Position numbers and translations under genes: made by a program
Source: Prorocentrum cordatum
Lineage: Eukaryota
Assembly (NCBI GenBank): GCA_963575745.1
Contig: CAUYUJ010000002.1
Coordinates: 248,001 to 312,000 of the forward strand
Length of the DNA: 64,000 bases
Direction: 5' to 3'
In this document: positions 24,862 to 37,944 of the stretch, in pieces
Layout of the letters: each line of letters opens with the position of its first letter
Numbering within the stretch: position 1 is the first letter of the stretch
Notes under the pieces: model-generated
Databases searched by the model: none
What the model saw: the letters and a program-made list of their open reading frames with translations, nothing else
What the model was told of the DNA's origin: nothing

Positions 24862-25139
24862 GCCGCGCGCGGCGGCGGCGGCCCCCCTCCGAGATCGATC
24901 ATCCAGGAGCAGGTCCATCTCATGGCCCATTCTCCTCCCCTCCTTGTGCTCCTCCTTCCCTGCGCCTCCCTCCCCCCCTTCCCCGCGCTGGGAGGGGGGT
25001 CCCGGGGGGGTCGCGGGGGGTCCTGGGGGGGTCGCGGGGGGGTCCTGGGGGGGGGGTCGCCACCCAGATATGCTCCCCCCCCGCGCGATTCCGCTTCCCT
25101 CGCGCGGTCCCCGCGCGGTCCCGGAACCCCCGCGCGGTC

Positions 25140-25710
25140 CAGGAAGCCCAAAGAAGTCTTTAGAAAGTCTCCACGAGACCTCCAAGAGGCCCCCAGATTT
25201 CCAAGACACTTCCGCAGGGTGCCCAAGGGGGTCCCAAGAGGCCTCCAAAGGCAGAGGGCCCCAAGAGGCAAAAGTCATTGAAATCCCTTTCGTTTTTGAG
25301 ATAGTTGGGCGTTCTCGCCTTTTCTGCTCCCCGCCGCCCCAAGACAGCCGAAGATGCCCTCAAGATCGCTCCAAGACGACCCAAAAGTCTTCAAGAGCGC
25401 TCCAAAACATCCCAAGAGAACCCCAAGACGGCCCAAAACGCCTCCAAGACGGCTCAAGAGACCCCCAGGACGGTAACAAGAGCGTGCCTTGACGGGGAAC
25501 CCGAACAGACATTTCGAGCCCTCGGCCCCGAGAAGCTTCCAGGAGGCCCCAGCAGGTTCCCAAGAGGGCCCAAGGAGCCCACAAGAGGCCACCAGGACAT
25601 CCGAAAAGGCCCCCAAGAGGCCCCCCAGAGGCTCCCATGAGACCCCCAAATCCAAACAGGCTCCCGAGATCCCCAAGAGACCCCAAAGAAGCATCCCTGA
25701 GGACTCGGGC
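25140..25710. repeat. CCCAAGAG-rich repeat block (opposite orientation of the same family)
   Basis: Dense CCCAAGAG/CCAAGACGGCCC motifs. Confidence 0.75.
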
Positions 25711-26393
25711 CCACTTCAGCGTCGTCACCGCCGCCACCGCCGCCGTTGTCGTCGACGTCCCCCTTCAGGGTCGGCGGCACCGGCCGTAAGGCCTTCGCAA
25801 TTGTTCTTTAGATTCGTGCCGTGCTCACGTCGCAAAGAAGAATCGACCAGAGTAGCCTCGCAAGTCTCGAATCGAGCAAAGGAGACCCACAGTAGGCCCG
25901 AATCGATCATTCAGTAGGCCTACAGCAGGCCCGAATAAGTTGCCCGGATAAATTTGCCCGACGTTTCCTCAAAGGGGGATGCGAAGTCCCTGGCGACTGG
26001 ACGGGGTGGGCATGGACCGGCATCATAGCGGGACCACAACCAAAGAGGCATCAAAGCCTCTGCTCATCGACATTCCAGACTGATCCACGCACGGATCCAA
26101 CTCGCCACTTACTACCCAATTCATTCCATGCGTACAGTGGGGGCCCATACCAAGCAACACCCTGCTTGCCTCCAGAGTGCCCTGGGTTCCTTGGGTTTCG
26201 ATGGTTTGGCTATGGAGAGCGCGGCGTTCCCACGCGAAAGATCGGCGGACGTCCTGGGGTCTTTCGTGTGGAAGGTTTCGTGTGGATCGGTGGGCTTCGT
26301 GTGGAAGGTTTCTTGTGGTCGGGCCCCTTCTGTACGCATGCTGCTCCCCCCCCCCCCCCTCGCCGAGCCTGCCCCCGCCCTCCTCTGGTGCAG

Positions 26394-26444
26394 GCCGCCC
26401 GCTTCGCCGACGCGGCCCACGTGTGCGTGGTGGAGGGCGCGATG
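26394..26444 (+). CDS. Putative exon E of the same gene (3' boundary uncertain)
   Basis: CAG|G acceptor. Encodes AARFADAAHVCVVEGAM, with possible GC donors after 26436 or 26444. Confidence 0.5.
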
Positions 26445-26940
26445 GCTCGGCGGGGGCCCGTGCTGGCTCCGCGGGCCTCGCGAAGCGCCTCCTCCCTTCT
26501 CCCTCGTCCTCCTCCTCCTCCTCCTCCTCCTCCTCCTCCTCCTCCTCCCGCTTCCTCCTCCTCCGTCTCCTCCTCCTCCTCCTTCCGCCTCCTCTTCCTC
26601 CGCCTCCTCCTCCTCCTCCTCCGCCTTCTCCTCCTCCTCCTCTTCCTCCTCCGCCAACTTCTCCTCCTCCGCCTCGCCCTCGTCCTTCGACGACGACGAC
26701 GACGACGATGACACCGTGAAAAAGTTGTACTTCCGTTTGAGCGGCCCGGGACACGAGGAAATGGAGGTTCACGTCTACGCCGCGATCGCTGCCATCTTCA
26801 CGAAGAGGCAGGCCAAACGCATGTACGGCCAGGCACCCAAAGGCTCTCTTGAGAAGATGGCGCAGGAGCTCTTGACCCAGCTAGGAATGGACAAGCAGTG
26901 ATTCCGGCAGCGTCCGCCATCCCAGGCTTGAGAGAATCAT

Positions 26941-28227
26941 GTGGTTTTAGGGTATCGTTCAGACGGCCGCTGCCCTCGGTGCGGCCAGCTTGACAGTGTC
27001 CGCCACCGAGCGTGGCAATGTATGCACCCCGACGCTGTGCAGGCGCAGACCGAGGCACTCGGCCATGACCCTGTGCCTTGGCATGCGGATGCCCTCGAGA
27101 ATGACGATAGGACGCTGTTCGATGGGAGCACCCTGAAAGTAGATGGCCCCCCCTCAGCACCGACCCCAACCCCCACCTTTTTGATCCTCAGGACAACGAG
27201 ATACCTTGGGGCAGCGTTGATCTCACTGGTGCCGATGTTTGTATCGATGGATCGGCGATGCGTCACAGCATTTGTGAGTTGTCCCGCGCCTCTTACGCTT
27301 GGGTGTTCTTGGGACAAGGCCCCAATGAGATCCTGGCCGCTGCGCGCGGAGCGGTCCTCGACACCCTCCCGCAGACGTCTCAAGCGGGGGAACATGTTGG
27401 AATGGCCCTCGCCCCATGTTTCAGAAGTTCGGCGGGGCTTGTGTTGGTGACAGTGTGACGGTGATTAATTTATGCCAGAGCTCCCATGCCCATCAGGTCT
27501 CCCATAAACCCGCCATGCAGGACTGAGGCGTTGATCGCTTGTCCACGAGTCCGCGGGCCACGACCCGCTCATCCTCCGCGCGCCCGCCCTTTGCGATATG
27601 GAGGTGATTAAGTCGTTGCCAGATGCCGAACGTCGCATCGGTCTCGGTAGCTGGCATGCTGGTGCCAAGGCTAAAAGAGCTCTCTTCGACCACCCTCAGC
27701 CTTCCTCCTTCGTCACTAAGGAGGTGGATGCGATGTTGGAACAACTCCAGGTGTTGCCCCCTCTCCTCGGTAAAGTTTTGGCGGTTTTTCCCGCAAAAGC
27801 GTTTCGAGAGGTGCGCTGGAGGACGTCCCAGGGCCAACTGTTTGAAGTCGGGCGGCTGCACGCGTGGCAAAATCTCGGGGACGGTCATTCCCGATGCGTT
27901 CGATGTTTGGCCTTCTGGGGAGACCCCGCCACGCGCCCCATGGTAGGATGCAAAGGTTTGTTCGAAACGCTCCGCCAGTCCTTGCGCCCATCTTTGGGGC
28001 GCACCATCGCCCGCGGTAAAAAAGTAAAGGCGACCAGGGGAAGATCTTGTTCTTTTGTTTTGTTTGTGGAGTCTACGCCTCCAGTAGATTCTGCATCTTG
28101 GGTAGAGAGCGCGTGGAGCACAAATTGTCTGGGGCACCCACTACCTTTCGTAATCTATGCCAGGTCTTGCATCCCCATTATCGGAAGGAACGATCCCGAG
28201 TCACCATCTCCAGCCGACGAGGTGTAA
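26941..28227 (+). pseudogene. Decayed LINE 3' half: CCHC zinc finger, RNase H, Cys/His-rich C-terminus
   Basis: Motifs are frameshifted: CPRCGQLDSVRHRAWQC; IDGSA (GAT at 27246)...ELSRAS...LPQTSQAGEH; GSWHAGAKAK (GN..AD-like); HAWQ...RCVRCL...GCKG; FFCFVCGVYAS...LHP. Confidence 0.8.
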
Positions 28228-28539
28228 CGAATTTGTCATATGCGTCGACGCTACCACCACCCGGGGAAGTTGTTGCGTCCAGCAGCGCAGGCGGCGTAAT
28301 ACAGACCGCCCGCATGCAGGCATTGGCCGGGCGCGTCCAGGCACGCGAAAAAATGCCCGTTTGGCCCTCGGTGCTGCCGGCTGCAGCTACATGGATCGAT
28401 GTTTCTCTTCCTGCGGCGGTTTCCTGCAATTGTCTGGGTGCACGGCTGGTTAGAATCGCCAGCAGTTGCGCACCACAGCAGCCGCAGTTCAGCGAGATTG
28501 CGTGGCTAGGCCTCCTGAGGACTCCAGGAACAAATCCTC

Positions 28540-28660
28540 CTCCTACGGGCCTTTTCGCCCCATGTCGCCCTGGGGCCCAAAGGGTGACCGGGGTAGGCTG
28601 AATAGACTGTGGAATGGGTTACACCCCACCACCAACCAGCCCTTATATGGGGCTCCTTGG
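28540..28660 (+). pseudogene. Possible extreme C-terminal fragment of another LINE ORF2
   Basis: GLFAPCRP / GRLNRLWNGLHPTT resembles the C..RL..G.HP ending of the neighbouring remnant. Confidence 0.35.
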
Positions 28661-30382
28661 AGGTTTTGGCTCGGCTCGGGGTCGGCCCGAAGCGGCCCGA
28701 ATCTCCCACGGCGCGAAAGCATAGGCCGTCGCGGTCCGTTCTGGCCCGTAGAATCCCGTAGAATCCCCCCCCTTCCTCCCTCCTCCCTCCTCCTTCCTCC
28801 CTCATGCTTCCTCCTATGTGTTAGAACATATGAAACAACAGATCGCCAGGTTTTCCCAAGGAGTCCCAGTTTTTGATAAACTTGTTCACAGCGCTCATAT
28901 AGTTAGACTCGCGAGGTTTGAATTCGAGCGAAGGGTAGACGATCCTCTCCCACGACCTCCGTGTCATCCCGCGGTCATGGGGCCCTAGCCAGTTCCCCGT
29001 CTTTGTCGCGTCGCCCTCCCTACTCTTCGCTCGGCCCCGTCTTGGGTCACGCATGCCCCTGGCGGTCTTCGGGGCGGGGCGCTAGATTTCGGCGATGCTC
29101 CGAGAGTCCACCTCGCCCCGATTTCAAGTCCCTTGCGGGAATTTCTTCGAACCTCGAGTAGATCGAGGTAGTTTAGTCGATCAGAGGTTCTTCGGAGCGC
29201 TTGTCTTGTCTTGTCGTGTCTTCTCTTGTGTTGTCATCCTTCCTCCCTCCTCCCTCCTCCTTTCTTCCTCCTCCTCCTAAGGGCAACGTTGCTCGGCGGC
29301 GATCCCGCGGGGGGGGAAGCGGGCCTTCTCAGATCGGGGGCGGCCAAGAGGGGGGTGATGACTAGGGGGATAGCATGGCCAGGGCCATGGGATCCCACCA
29401 CAATTCACGGTGCCTCTTCATGTTTAAATCGTCCCCGCCCCCCCCTGGGCCGCACGCGTGCCGCCGGCCATGGTTCCCCCCCCCTTCTGGACACACCCCT
29501 TTTGGCCTCCCCCGACAGAACGCCGTTAAGAAGGCCTCCTCCTTCTCACTTCCCCCCTCGCTCGCCGCCGAGTCACGGTCAGCGTATGACGTATAGCGTG
29601 TACTGCCAGCGCTTTTCGAAGAGCGGATCGGGCGAGCACGTTGAGTGCAACACCTGTTAGCACGTATTCGAGGCATTCGCTGAGCCCCAAGAGGAGGTGC
29701 AGAGGGTTTGAATGGGGGTACGCTTAGCGTCGTCTTTTGAGCGTCCGTTTACCCAAGGCAAAAAAAAACACGCAAAGCGAACGTTCACACTAATCGTATG
29801 TAGCACCGCATAGCCTCCAGCCCGATGTCCTGCCAGTGGTGAGACAGAATGGGCTCCGGTTGGGATGCTTCAGGGGCAACGTTAGGGGCAAGGAGGCCTC
29901 CCCTCGAGGTTTTCGGACGTCTTCGTCGGTTCTTGGCAGCTTTGCGCCTCGACGAGAGCGTTCCCCCAGGTTCCCGTGTCGTCCCGAAGGGCCGCCGGAG
30001 GCCCGATTTTTTGGTTGACCCGGAAATTGCCAGCCTTCGAAGAGATCAAGGGCAACGATCAGGTGGGGGATAGGTTCAGAGGGGAAGAGTATCGACCCCC
30101 AATCGCCCATTCATCGCCGATTGGGGCCTGATTGCCAACCCTCCCCTGATCGTGCGTTTTCGCTATCGGGGTCTCGTCGCCGATTTATCGGCAACGTATC
30201 GCCGACTCAAGATCGATGCTTCCCCCCATTGAGCTGTTTCCCTTCTATCGTTGCCCCTCAGAAGATGGGCAAGGTTGTGAGTAGCGAGGATGAAGAGTGG
30301 GGAGCTGGGAAGCAACAGCAGGCGGATTATCGGAGTGAGAGGAGGAGGAGGAGGAGGAGGAGGGTGAGGAGGTCTAAACGAT

Positions 30383-31732
30383 TATGATTATGATGTTGAT
30401 GGTGTCGATTATGATGATGATGGTGATGGTGATTGTGATGGTGATTGCGATGGTGATTGTGATGGTGATGATGATGCCCATGTTGTTGATGATGATGATA
30501 ATGCTGCTGATGATGCTGATGAGGATGATGATGATGATGATGACGGTGATGGTGATAATGATGCTGGCGGTGATAACGATGGTGTTGTTGATGATGATGT
30601 TGATGCGGATGATGAAGATAATGCTGATGACGAAGACGATGCTGCCTGCTGATGATTATGACGACGATTATGTTGTCATTGATAATGGTGCTAGTCATGC
30701 TGATTGTATTCCGGACGGTGATGCTTATGATTATGATGTTATTGATGTTGATGATGATGATGAGGTTGATGATGCGAGTGATGATGATGATGTTGGTGAT
30801 AACGACGATACGTATGGTGGTGGTGAAGAGGGTGGCGACGATGATTGCGATGCTGATGACGGAGAATATGACGATGATGATAATAATGATGATGCCGATG
30901 ATGATGTTGATGATGCTGATGAGGATGACGATCATAAGCATGAACATGATCATGATCTTGATCTTGCTGATGCTGCTGATGCTTGTGATCATGGTGATGA
31001 CGATGAGGACGACGACGACGACGATGATGATGATGATGATGCTCATGCTGATGATGATGATGATGAGTATGTTGATGCTGATGCTGGTGCTGATGCTGAT
31101 GCCGATGCTAATGCTGGTGCTGATGCTGCGGATGATGATGGTGATGTTGATCATGATGATACTGATGATGATGATGATTGTGATGATGGTGGTGATGGTG
31201 CTGGTTATGATGATGATGATGATGATGATGATGGTGGGTGCGACGATGATGTGGATTATGACGATGACGACGACGATGATGATGATGACGATGATGATGA
31301 TGATGCTGATGATGCTGATGCTTCTGATGATGAGGATGATGCTGCTGATGATGATGATGATGATGATGCTGATGCTGCTGCTGATGATGATGGTGATGAT
31401 GGTGATGATGAGGCTTATGATGATGATGTTCTGATAATGATGATGATGATGGTGGTGCTGATGAAGATGATGCTGATGCTGATGATGATGAATGTGCTGA
31501 TGATGATGCTGATGATGATTATGCTGATGATGATGAAGATGATGCTGATAATGATGGTGATGCTGATGGTGCTGATGCTGATGATTATGATGATGATGAC
31601 GATGAGTATGCTGATGATGATGATGATGATGATGCTGATGATGATGATGATGGTGCTGATGATGATGAGGTTGTTGCTGATGATGATGATGATGGTGATG
31701 ATGGTGATGGTGATGATGCTGCTGCTGATGAT

Positions 31733-31763
<31 letters not shown>

Positions 31764-31779
31764 CTGATGCTGCTGATGA

Positions 31780-31813
<34 letters not shown>

Positions 31814-31871
31814 GGTGGTGGTGATGATGATGATGATGATGATGATGCTGATGATGATGATGATGATGATC

Positions 31872-31960
<89 letters not shown>
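30383..31960. repeat. Long degenerate (GAT)n microsatellite
   Basis: Direct reading; pure GAT at the right end. Confidence 0.97.
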
Positions 31961-32449
31961 CGGGTATGGGTTTAGTGATCTGGGAGCAGTGCTCGGCTCA
32001 GCCACCTTGCATTCGGCGTGCACGGTCGCGAGGGCCCCACGGGGTCCAAGCCAGACCCACCCGAGTCGCCAGACTGGGGCAGCCCCCCGCTATGACCCCT
32101 AGCGTCAGAGGTCACCAGGAGCATCGCGGTCAGGCCGCCCCCTTGCGCCCGAACCCTCGCGGGCTCGGCGGACGCGGGAGCCCACGGACCCCGACGGAGG
32201 ACCGCCGACGGCCGCCAAGGGGCCGTCGCCCGAGCCCTCCGAGCAGCGCCCAGCGAGCTTGGTTTTCGCGGGCGCGGTAAGCAGCGTGCGGCACACGGCG
32301 CACGGCGCCGCTCGGCCGCCCCTCCTCTTGAGGCGGTGGCCGAGCGGGCAGCGCGCGGTTTAGGGAGACTCCTCGGCCTCCGCTGGTGCTGCTGGGGCCG
32401 CAGTCGAGGGGTCGGGCTCCGCGACCTTCCCCTCGGGTGGCTCGGCGGC

Positions 32450-33150
32450 CGCACGCTCCAGGGTGTGGGGCTCCCTCCACGCCGCTCTCCACGCCGAGCT
32501 CCCGCTCCAGGGCGATGAGCTGCGCCGCGCGCAGCGCCTGGCCTCCGCCGATCCTGGCGCCGCTGGCCGTGGCGGCCTCGGGCAGGGCGGAGAGGAGCCC
32601 CACGCCGCTCCAGGCCGCACGTGCCAGCGCCTCCACGGCTTCCGCCAGCCGCAGGAGCAGGCCTAGCAGCGCCGCGAGCGCCACCCCCGCGCGTTGCCTG
32701 GCGCCGGGGTGGAGCTGCCTGCGGACCTCGGTCCGCAGCTCGATGACGCACTCCACGATGTGCACCGTGGGGACCTCGACGGCCTGCTCGGCGAACTCCT
32801 CGAGCCACGCGGGGGGCTCCAGTGGCCCTCCCACGGGCTGCTCCGCCTGCAGCGCCATCGGCACCTCCACGATCCTCTCCTGGGCCACGCAGACGGCCTC
32901 CGCGTTGTGCGCCATGGCCTCGGCGGCCTCCTCGTGCATGACCTGCGACACCTCCACGATCCGCACGGACCGCACCTCCCCGTCGAAGTGCGGGATCTCG
33001 GGGCGGGCCGCATGAGTCACCGCCAGGAGGGCTTGCGGCGCCTCCACGGGCTGCTCCACCTGCAGCGCTGTCGGCATCTCCACGGTCGTCCCCTGGGCCA
33101 TGACATGCGACACCTCCGCGGCCTGCTCGCGAGCCTCGGTCGCCAGGGGG
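32450..33150 (-). pseudogene. Intronless alveolin/IMC-like (VEVP-repeat) coding fragment
   Basis: ORF 32130..33170 has repeats VEMPTALQVEQPVEAPQ, RIVEVSQV, ERIVEVPMALQAEQPV and EQAVEVPTVHIVE, with GC3-rich codons. The 5' end runs into microsatellite. Confidence 0.5.
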
Positions 33151-34789
33151 AGGATGGGGAGGAGGAGCAAAAGGAGGAGAAGGAGGAGGAGGAGGACCTC
33201 AGAATTGCCGACGGAAGGAAGCCTCGGCGGCGGCGGGGACGCTCAGCTCTCACCCTCCGCCTTTTCCTCCTGGGGGGCGCAGGGTGGTGCAGTAGTGGAG
33301 CGGGTGTGATCTCATCCGCTCCCAGAGGCATCCCCGCCCCTGGGTGCTCTCCGGCAGCTGCGCCCCGCCGAGGACTCGTGGGGGCTGCCCCAGGGCGTCC
33401 CGGGCGCTGCCGCCTGAGGCCCGACGTTGTGTAGCCCAGCGACCTGCTGGGGTTCTCGGTCTCTCCCGGCCCCTCCCCCCCTGGATAGCCTTGTCCTTAT
33501 CGGTTGCGCGGGTCCGAAGGGGGTACGCAGTGCTGGCTCGCGCGGGCATGCGCGGGGCTGCCCAAGGCGGAAAGGTGTCAGGTTGTCGGCTGGCACCTCC
33601 CCCCGCCACCTGGCATCGCTCGGACGTGTGCGTTTTTCCTCGGCGAGGACCATCGAGGAGCATCCTTGATCATTTGGCGAAAAAGCCACGCACGAAACCG
33701 AACAAAAACACAGGGAATGGACGTCCGAGCGATGGCCAGGCCACCCATCCGATCACATGTAGGTTATCCCCGAAAGGTAAAACACGATCTCCACCTCCTG
33801 CACCTCCTGCCGCCACAGCCTCCAGAGCATCCGACGGTCGAGGGGCCTCCTGCAAACCCGGGTGGGCAGGCCCCCCCGAGCCAGCCTGTCGCGGCCCGTC
33901 TCTGCCGCTCTCCGTGCGTGCGGGGCGTCTCGAGCTCGCCTCGCCTCGCCTCGCAACATCCCGCCCGAATCCTCCCCTCATTTACAGATTGACCAAGGAT
34001 TAGTCGGTCACGTCCCTCTACATGAGGAACATTCCAAAGTAGTTCAAAAATGGTCTGGGGATTGATTGGCTACTCTTTATTTTTCCTCCAACCACCCCCT
34101 GTATGGGGACATGCCCGACCTATGGTTAGATTGACCAAGGATCCGCTTTTCGACGAACAACAAATACAAACTTTCGGAGCTCCGCGCGGGTTTCTTTGGA
34201 TCGGCGCTGGGCCCCTGGCGGCGCCTCCTGCGCCACCCCTGGTGCGCTCCGCGCGCCAGGAAGGGGTCCAGTGCCGGTCCAAGATGTCCGCGCGGAGCTC
34301 CGACAGTTTGTGGTTATGCAGTTGTTGATTTTCTAGCTTTGCAAGCATGGCCGAACCTGGGTCAAAGAAAAGGAGAGAGTGTTCACGCGCGCTTCCTGCT
34401 CAGCGGCGTGCTGCCCCCAACAAGTGCTTGGGTTGACTCCCTTGCGCAGCAGGTCCAACCCTTCGCTGCACCTCCAGGAACAACGACCTTATCGTCCTCT
34501 CTCTCCCCCCCCATGCCCCCCTCCCTCCTCTGTCCTTCTCCCTCTCCCTCTCCTCCTCACCCCCGCCCCGGCAAAGTACAGACCGTGCAGGGCATCGGAT
34601 GCGTGGACGGGCCGAGTTTGCCAGCTGCACCACGGCACGCCTCGTCTGCGACGGGCCTCCCAGGAGTAGAGTGAGGTCGACGGGAGGCACGCCAAAGAGG
34701 ACGACAAAGATAACGAGGAACAACAAGAGGACGTTCACGAGGAACAAGAAGAGTACGAGGATTACCAAACATGTGTGACAAAACGGAGA

Positions 34790-35335
34790 ACGACGATGGT
34801 GACCGCGCCGATGGTCGCCATCGTCGACGACGACGCCGCCACCGCTGACGATGGAGGCGACGAAGACGACGACGCCAAGGTCGACGGCGACGCCGACGAC
34901 GCTGGCGAAGAAAGCGACGACGAGGATGACGCCGCCGATGATGATGTCGATGCCGATGCCGATGCCAACGATGACGATGACGATTATGACGGAGACGATG
35001 ACGGTGACAATGAAGATTGTAATGCTGATGTTGAGGTTGATGCTGAAGTTGATGCTGATGATGAGGACGATGATGATACCGTTTATCATGATGATGGTGA
35101 TGATCATGATCATGTTGATGACGATGATGATGCTAATACTGGTGATGATGATAGTTGGGGTGGTGGTTGTGATGATTATGGTGATGATGATACTGATGAT
35201 GCTGATGACGATGATGATGCTGATGATGATGATGATGCGGATGATGCTGCGGATGCTGATGTGGATCATGCGGATGGTGACGAGGATGATGATGGTGATG
35301 ATTGTGATGATGATGATGATGATGATGATGATGAC

Positions 35336-35415
<80 letters not shown>

Positions 35416-35465
35416 CGATGATGGTTGCGATGATGAGGATGATGATGATGCTGCTGCTGCTGATT

Positions 35466-35537
<72 letters not shown>

Positions 35538-35590
35538 GTGAAGGTGATGGTGGTGATGGTGATGGTGATGGTGATGATGACGTTGTTGCT
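34790..35590. repeat. (GAC)n grading into (GAT)n microsatellite
   Basis: Direct reading. Confidence 0.95.
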
Positions 35591-37944
35591 GATGGTGCTA
35601 ACCTTCCTCTGAGGTGGCCCAAAGCAGTGTGCGAGCGGACCATGGCGGGAGAGCACTACATCAGCCACTGGACCCGGGCACGACTGGCCAGGCCTGGCGG
35701 TGGCGGCCCCACTTGCTCAGCACCCTCGACGCCCCCCCCCCCACAGAGGCGTGGCCAGGCGCCCGGGTGCAGCTCCCCACCGCGGGCGCCGCGCTCGGCC
35801 CCGACGGCGAGGGCTGGATCGGGATCTGCATCCGCCTAGCGTGCGTGCCAGGCCCCGCCGCATGCCTCCTCATCCTCCTCCTCCCCCTCCCTGTCCTCCT
35901 CCTCCCTGTCCTCCCCCTCCCTGTCCTGCTCCTCCTCCTCCTCCTCCTCCTCCTCCTCCTCCTCCTCCTCCTCCTCTTCCCTCCTCCTCCGCCTCCTCCG
36001 CCTCCGCCGCCGCCACCGCACGTCGTACAGCCTCTGTCATCGTGCGTCGTGCGTCGTCCGGCTGGCCGTTGCCGTCGTGCGCTCGCCGCCGCCGTCGTGG
36101 TGACCGCGCGGTGCTTCCGGGAGTCGTGCGTCGCACGTCGCACGCCGTCGGCGTCTAAAATGAGCAGGGAGTAGAGGAGGGAGGAGGGCGAAGGTGGACA
36201 TTGTGGGAGGGCGAGGAGGATGAGGAGAAGAGGAGGAGCGGAGGCGGAAGGGGAGGAGGAGGAGGAGGAGGAGGAGGAGGAGGAGGAGGAGGAGGAGGGC
36301 TCCCCGTGGCTTTGGGGCAGGGCGGAGGGGTGCGAGGCCATCAGTCATGGCCTGGGCCTGGGCGCAGGTACCAGTTATTAAGAGGTGTGGGAGGAGGAGG
36401 TGAAGGAGGAGAAGGAGGAGTGGGGAGGGAAAGAGGGAGGGAGGAGGTAGAGAGCAGGAGGATTCTATTGAAGCGAAAGAGGGAGGGAGGGGGGAGGGAG
36501 GGAAAGACGGAGGGAGGGGAGGAGGGGGGAGGGAGGGAGGGAGGAGTGAGTGAGGGAGAGAGGGATGGGGTGGAGGAGGAGAAGCAGGAGGAGGAGCAGG
36601 ATGATAACGATTCTGAGGAAGGACAGGAGGCGGAGAGCATGGGTGCCGCGACTGCTGCACCGCCCCGTCCCTGGTCCGGGCCTCGTTGCCCTCGTGGTTC
36701 GCCCCGCCCCCCCCTCTCTGCTACGCCTCGTGCCGCTTCTCATCGTCCTGCTCGTCGTGCCTTTGTCGTGCATCTCATCTTGCTCGTCTCTCGTTCCTAC
36801 AGGGCTGGCCCGTTCAATGTTTCTGTGCGCTTCAGTCTTGGCTCCGTCGAAGCTGCGGGTGCACCGCCAAGCGCCTCTGGATTCGGGCGGGCCAGCTCGC
36901 CCGAATCGGAGTTCTGCACGCACGGACGACTTGACGCCCTCCTGCTTGTCGTCCTTTGCAGCCCTCCATCGCCACTGCGGGGCAGCGCGGTCGGTGCTCG
37001 AGTGGGCTCGGAGGGCCAGGCCAGATTCACATTTCGTAGGGTTTCGCGAAAGCGACGGTCGGAAGTCTGGAATGATGGCTGGAATGACGGCGTTGTCGAA
37101 TCGCTCGGACATCTAGGAACGGATTGGATTGGATTGGATCCTTAGTCCACTTTTTCCACATTCGTATCCCGCTACTGTTGCGCATCCCTTATCGTCCTCC
37201 TCAAGTCCTTCTGCTCATCCTATTCCTGCTACTGATCCCATCGCCATCTCTCCTCCCACCTCTCATCCATCCTGTCCTCAGCCGTTCCCCATCTCGTTTT
37301 TCCATCCCCCTCCTCCTGCTCCCTTCACCCGTCCCATCCCCCTTGAGCTGTCTCGCCTTCCCCCCTCCTTTCCCCCCAGTTTCCCTTGCCCCCACCCTGC
37401 TCACCCCCTCCTTGCCCATCCCTCCTCCCTCCTTCCCCCTCCCTTTTGACCTTCCCTTGCCCCTCCCCCACGTCCTTCCCCGCTCTCCTTGTCATTCCCC
37501 TGCTCTTCCCTTGCCCTTCCCTTGCCTCTCTTGCCCTTGCCCCCCCCCCCGCCCCTGCAGTCCTTCCCCTCAGCCGCTCCGCCCCTGCGGCGCCCTGCCT
37601 CTCCCCCCTCCCTTGTGACCCTCCCTCGCCCCTCCCCCGTCTTTCCCCCCTCTCCTTGCCCTTCCCCTGCTCTTCCCTTGCCCTTCCCTTCTCTTGCCCT
37701 TGCCCCCCCTCCCCGCCCCTGCGGTCCTTCCCCTCCGCCGCCCCGCCCCTCCCTCGATTTTTTTGCGGCGCAGCCGTCTCTCGGCCAATCTGTTCGCCAC
37801 GCGCCCGGCCTCCATGCTGCGCTTCCCGCGCCAGCAGGGCGCGGAGCAGGCGTCGCCATCGGAGGGCGAGGGGGAGGTGGGGGTATGGAGGGGGAGGGGG
37901 AGGAGGAGGAGGAGGAGGAGGAGGAGGAGGAGGATATACCGTGT

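Noticed and set aside
30327..32102. Long poly-Met/Asp/Ile ORFs (also 34400-35839)
   Set aside because: They are translations of (GAT)n microsatellite, with no domain content.
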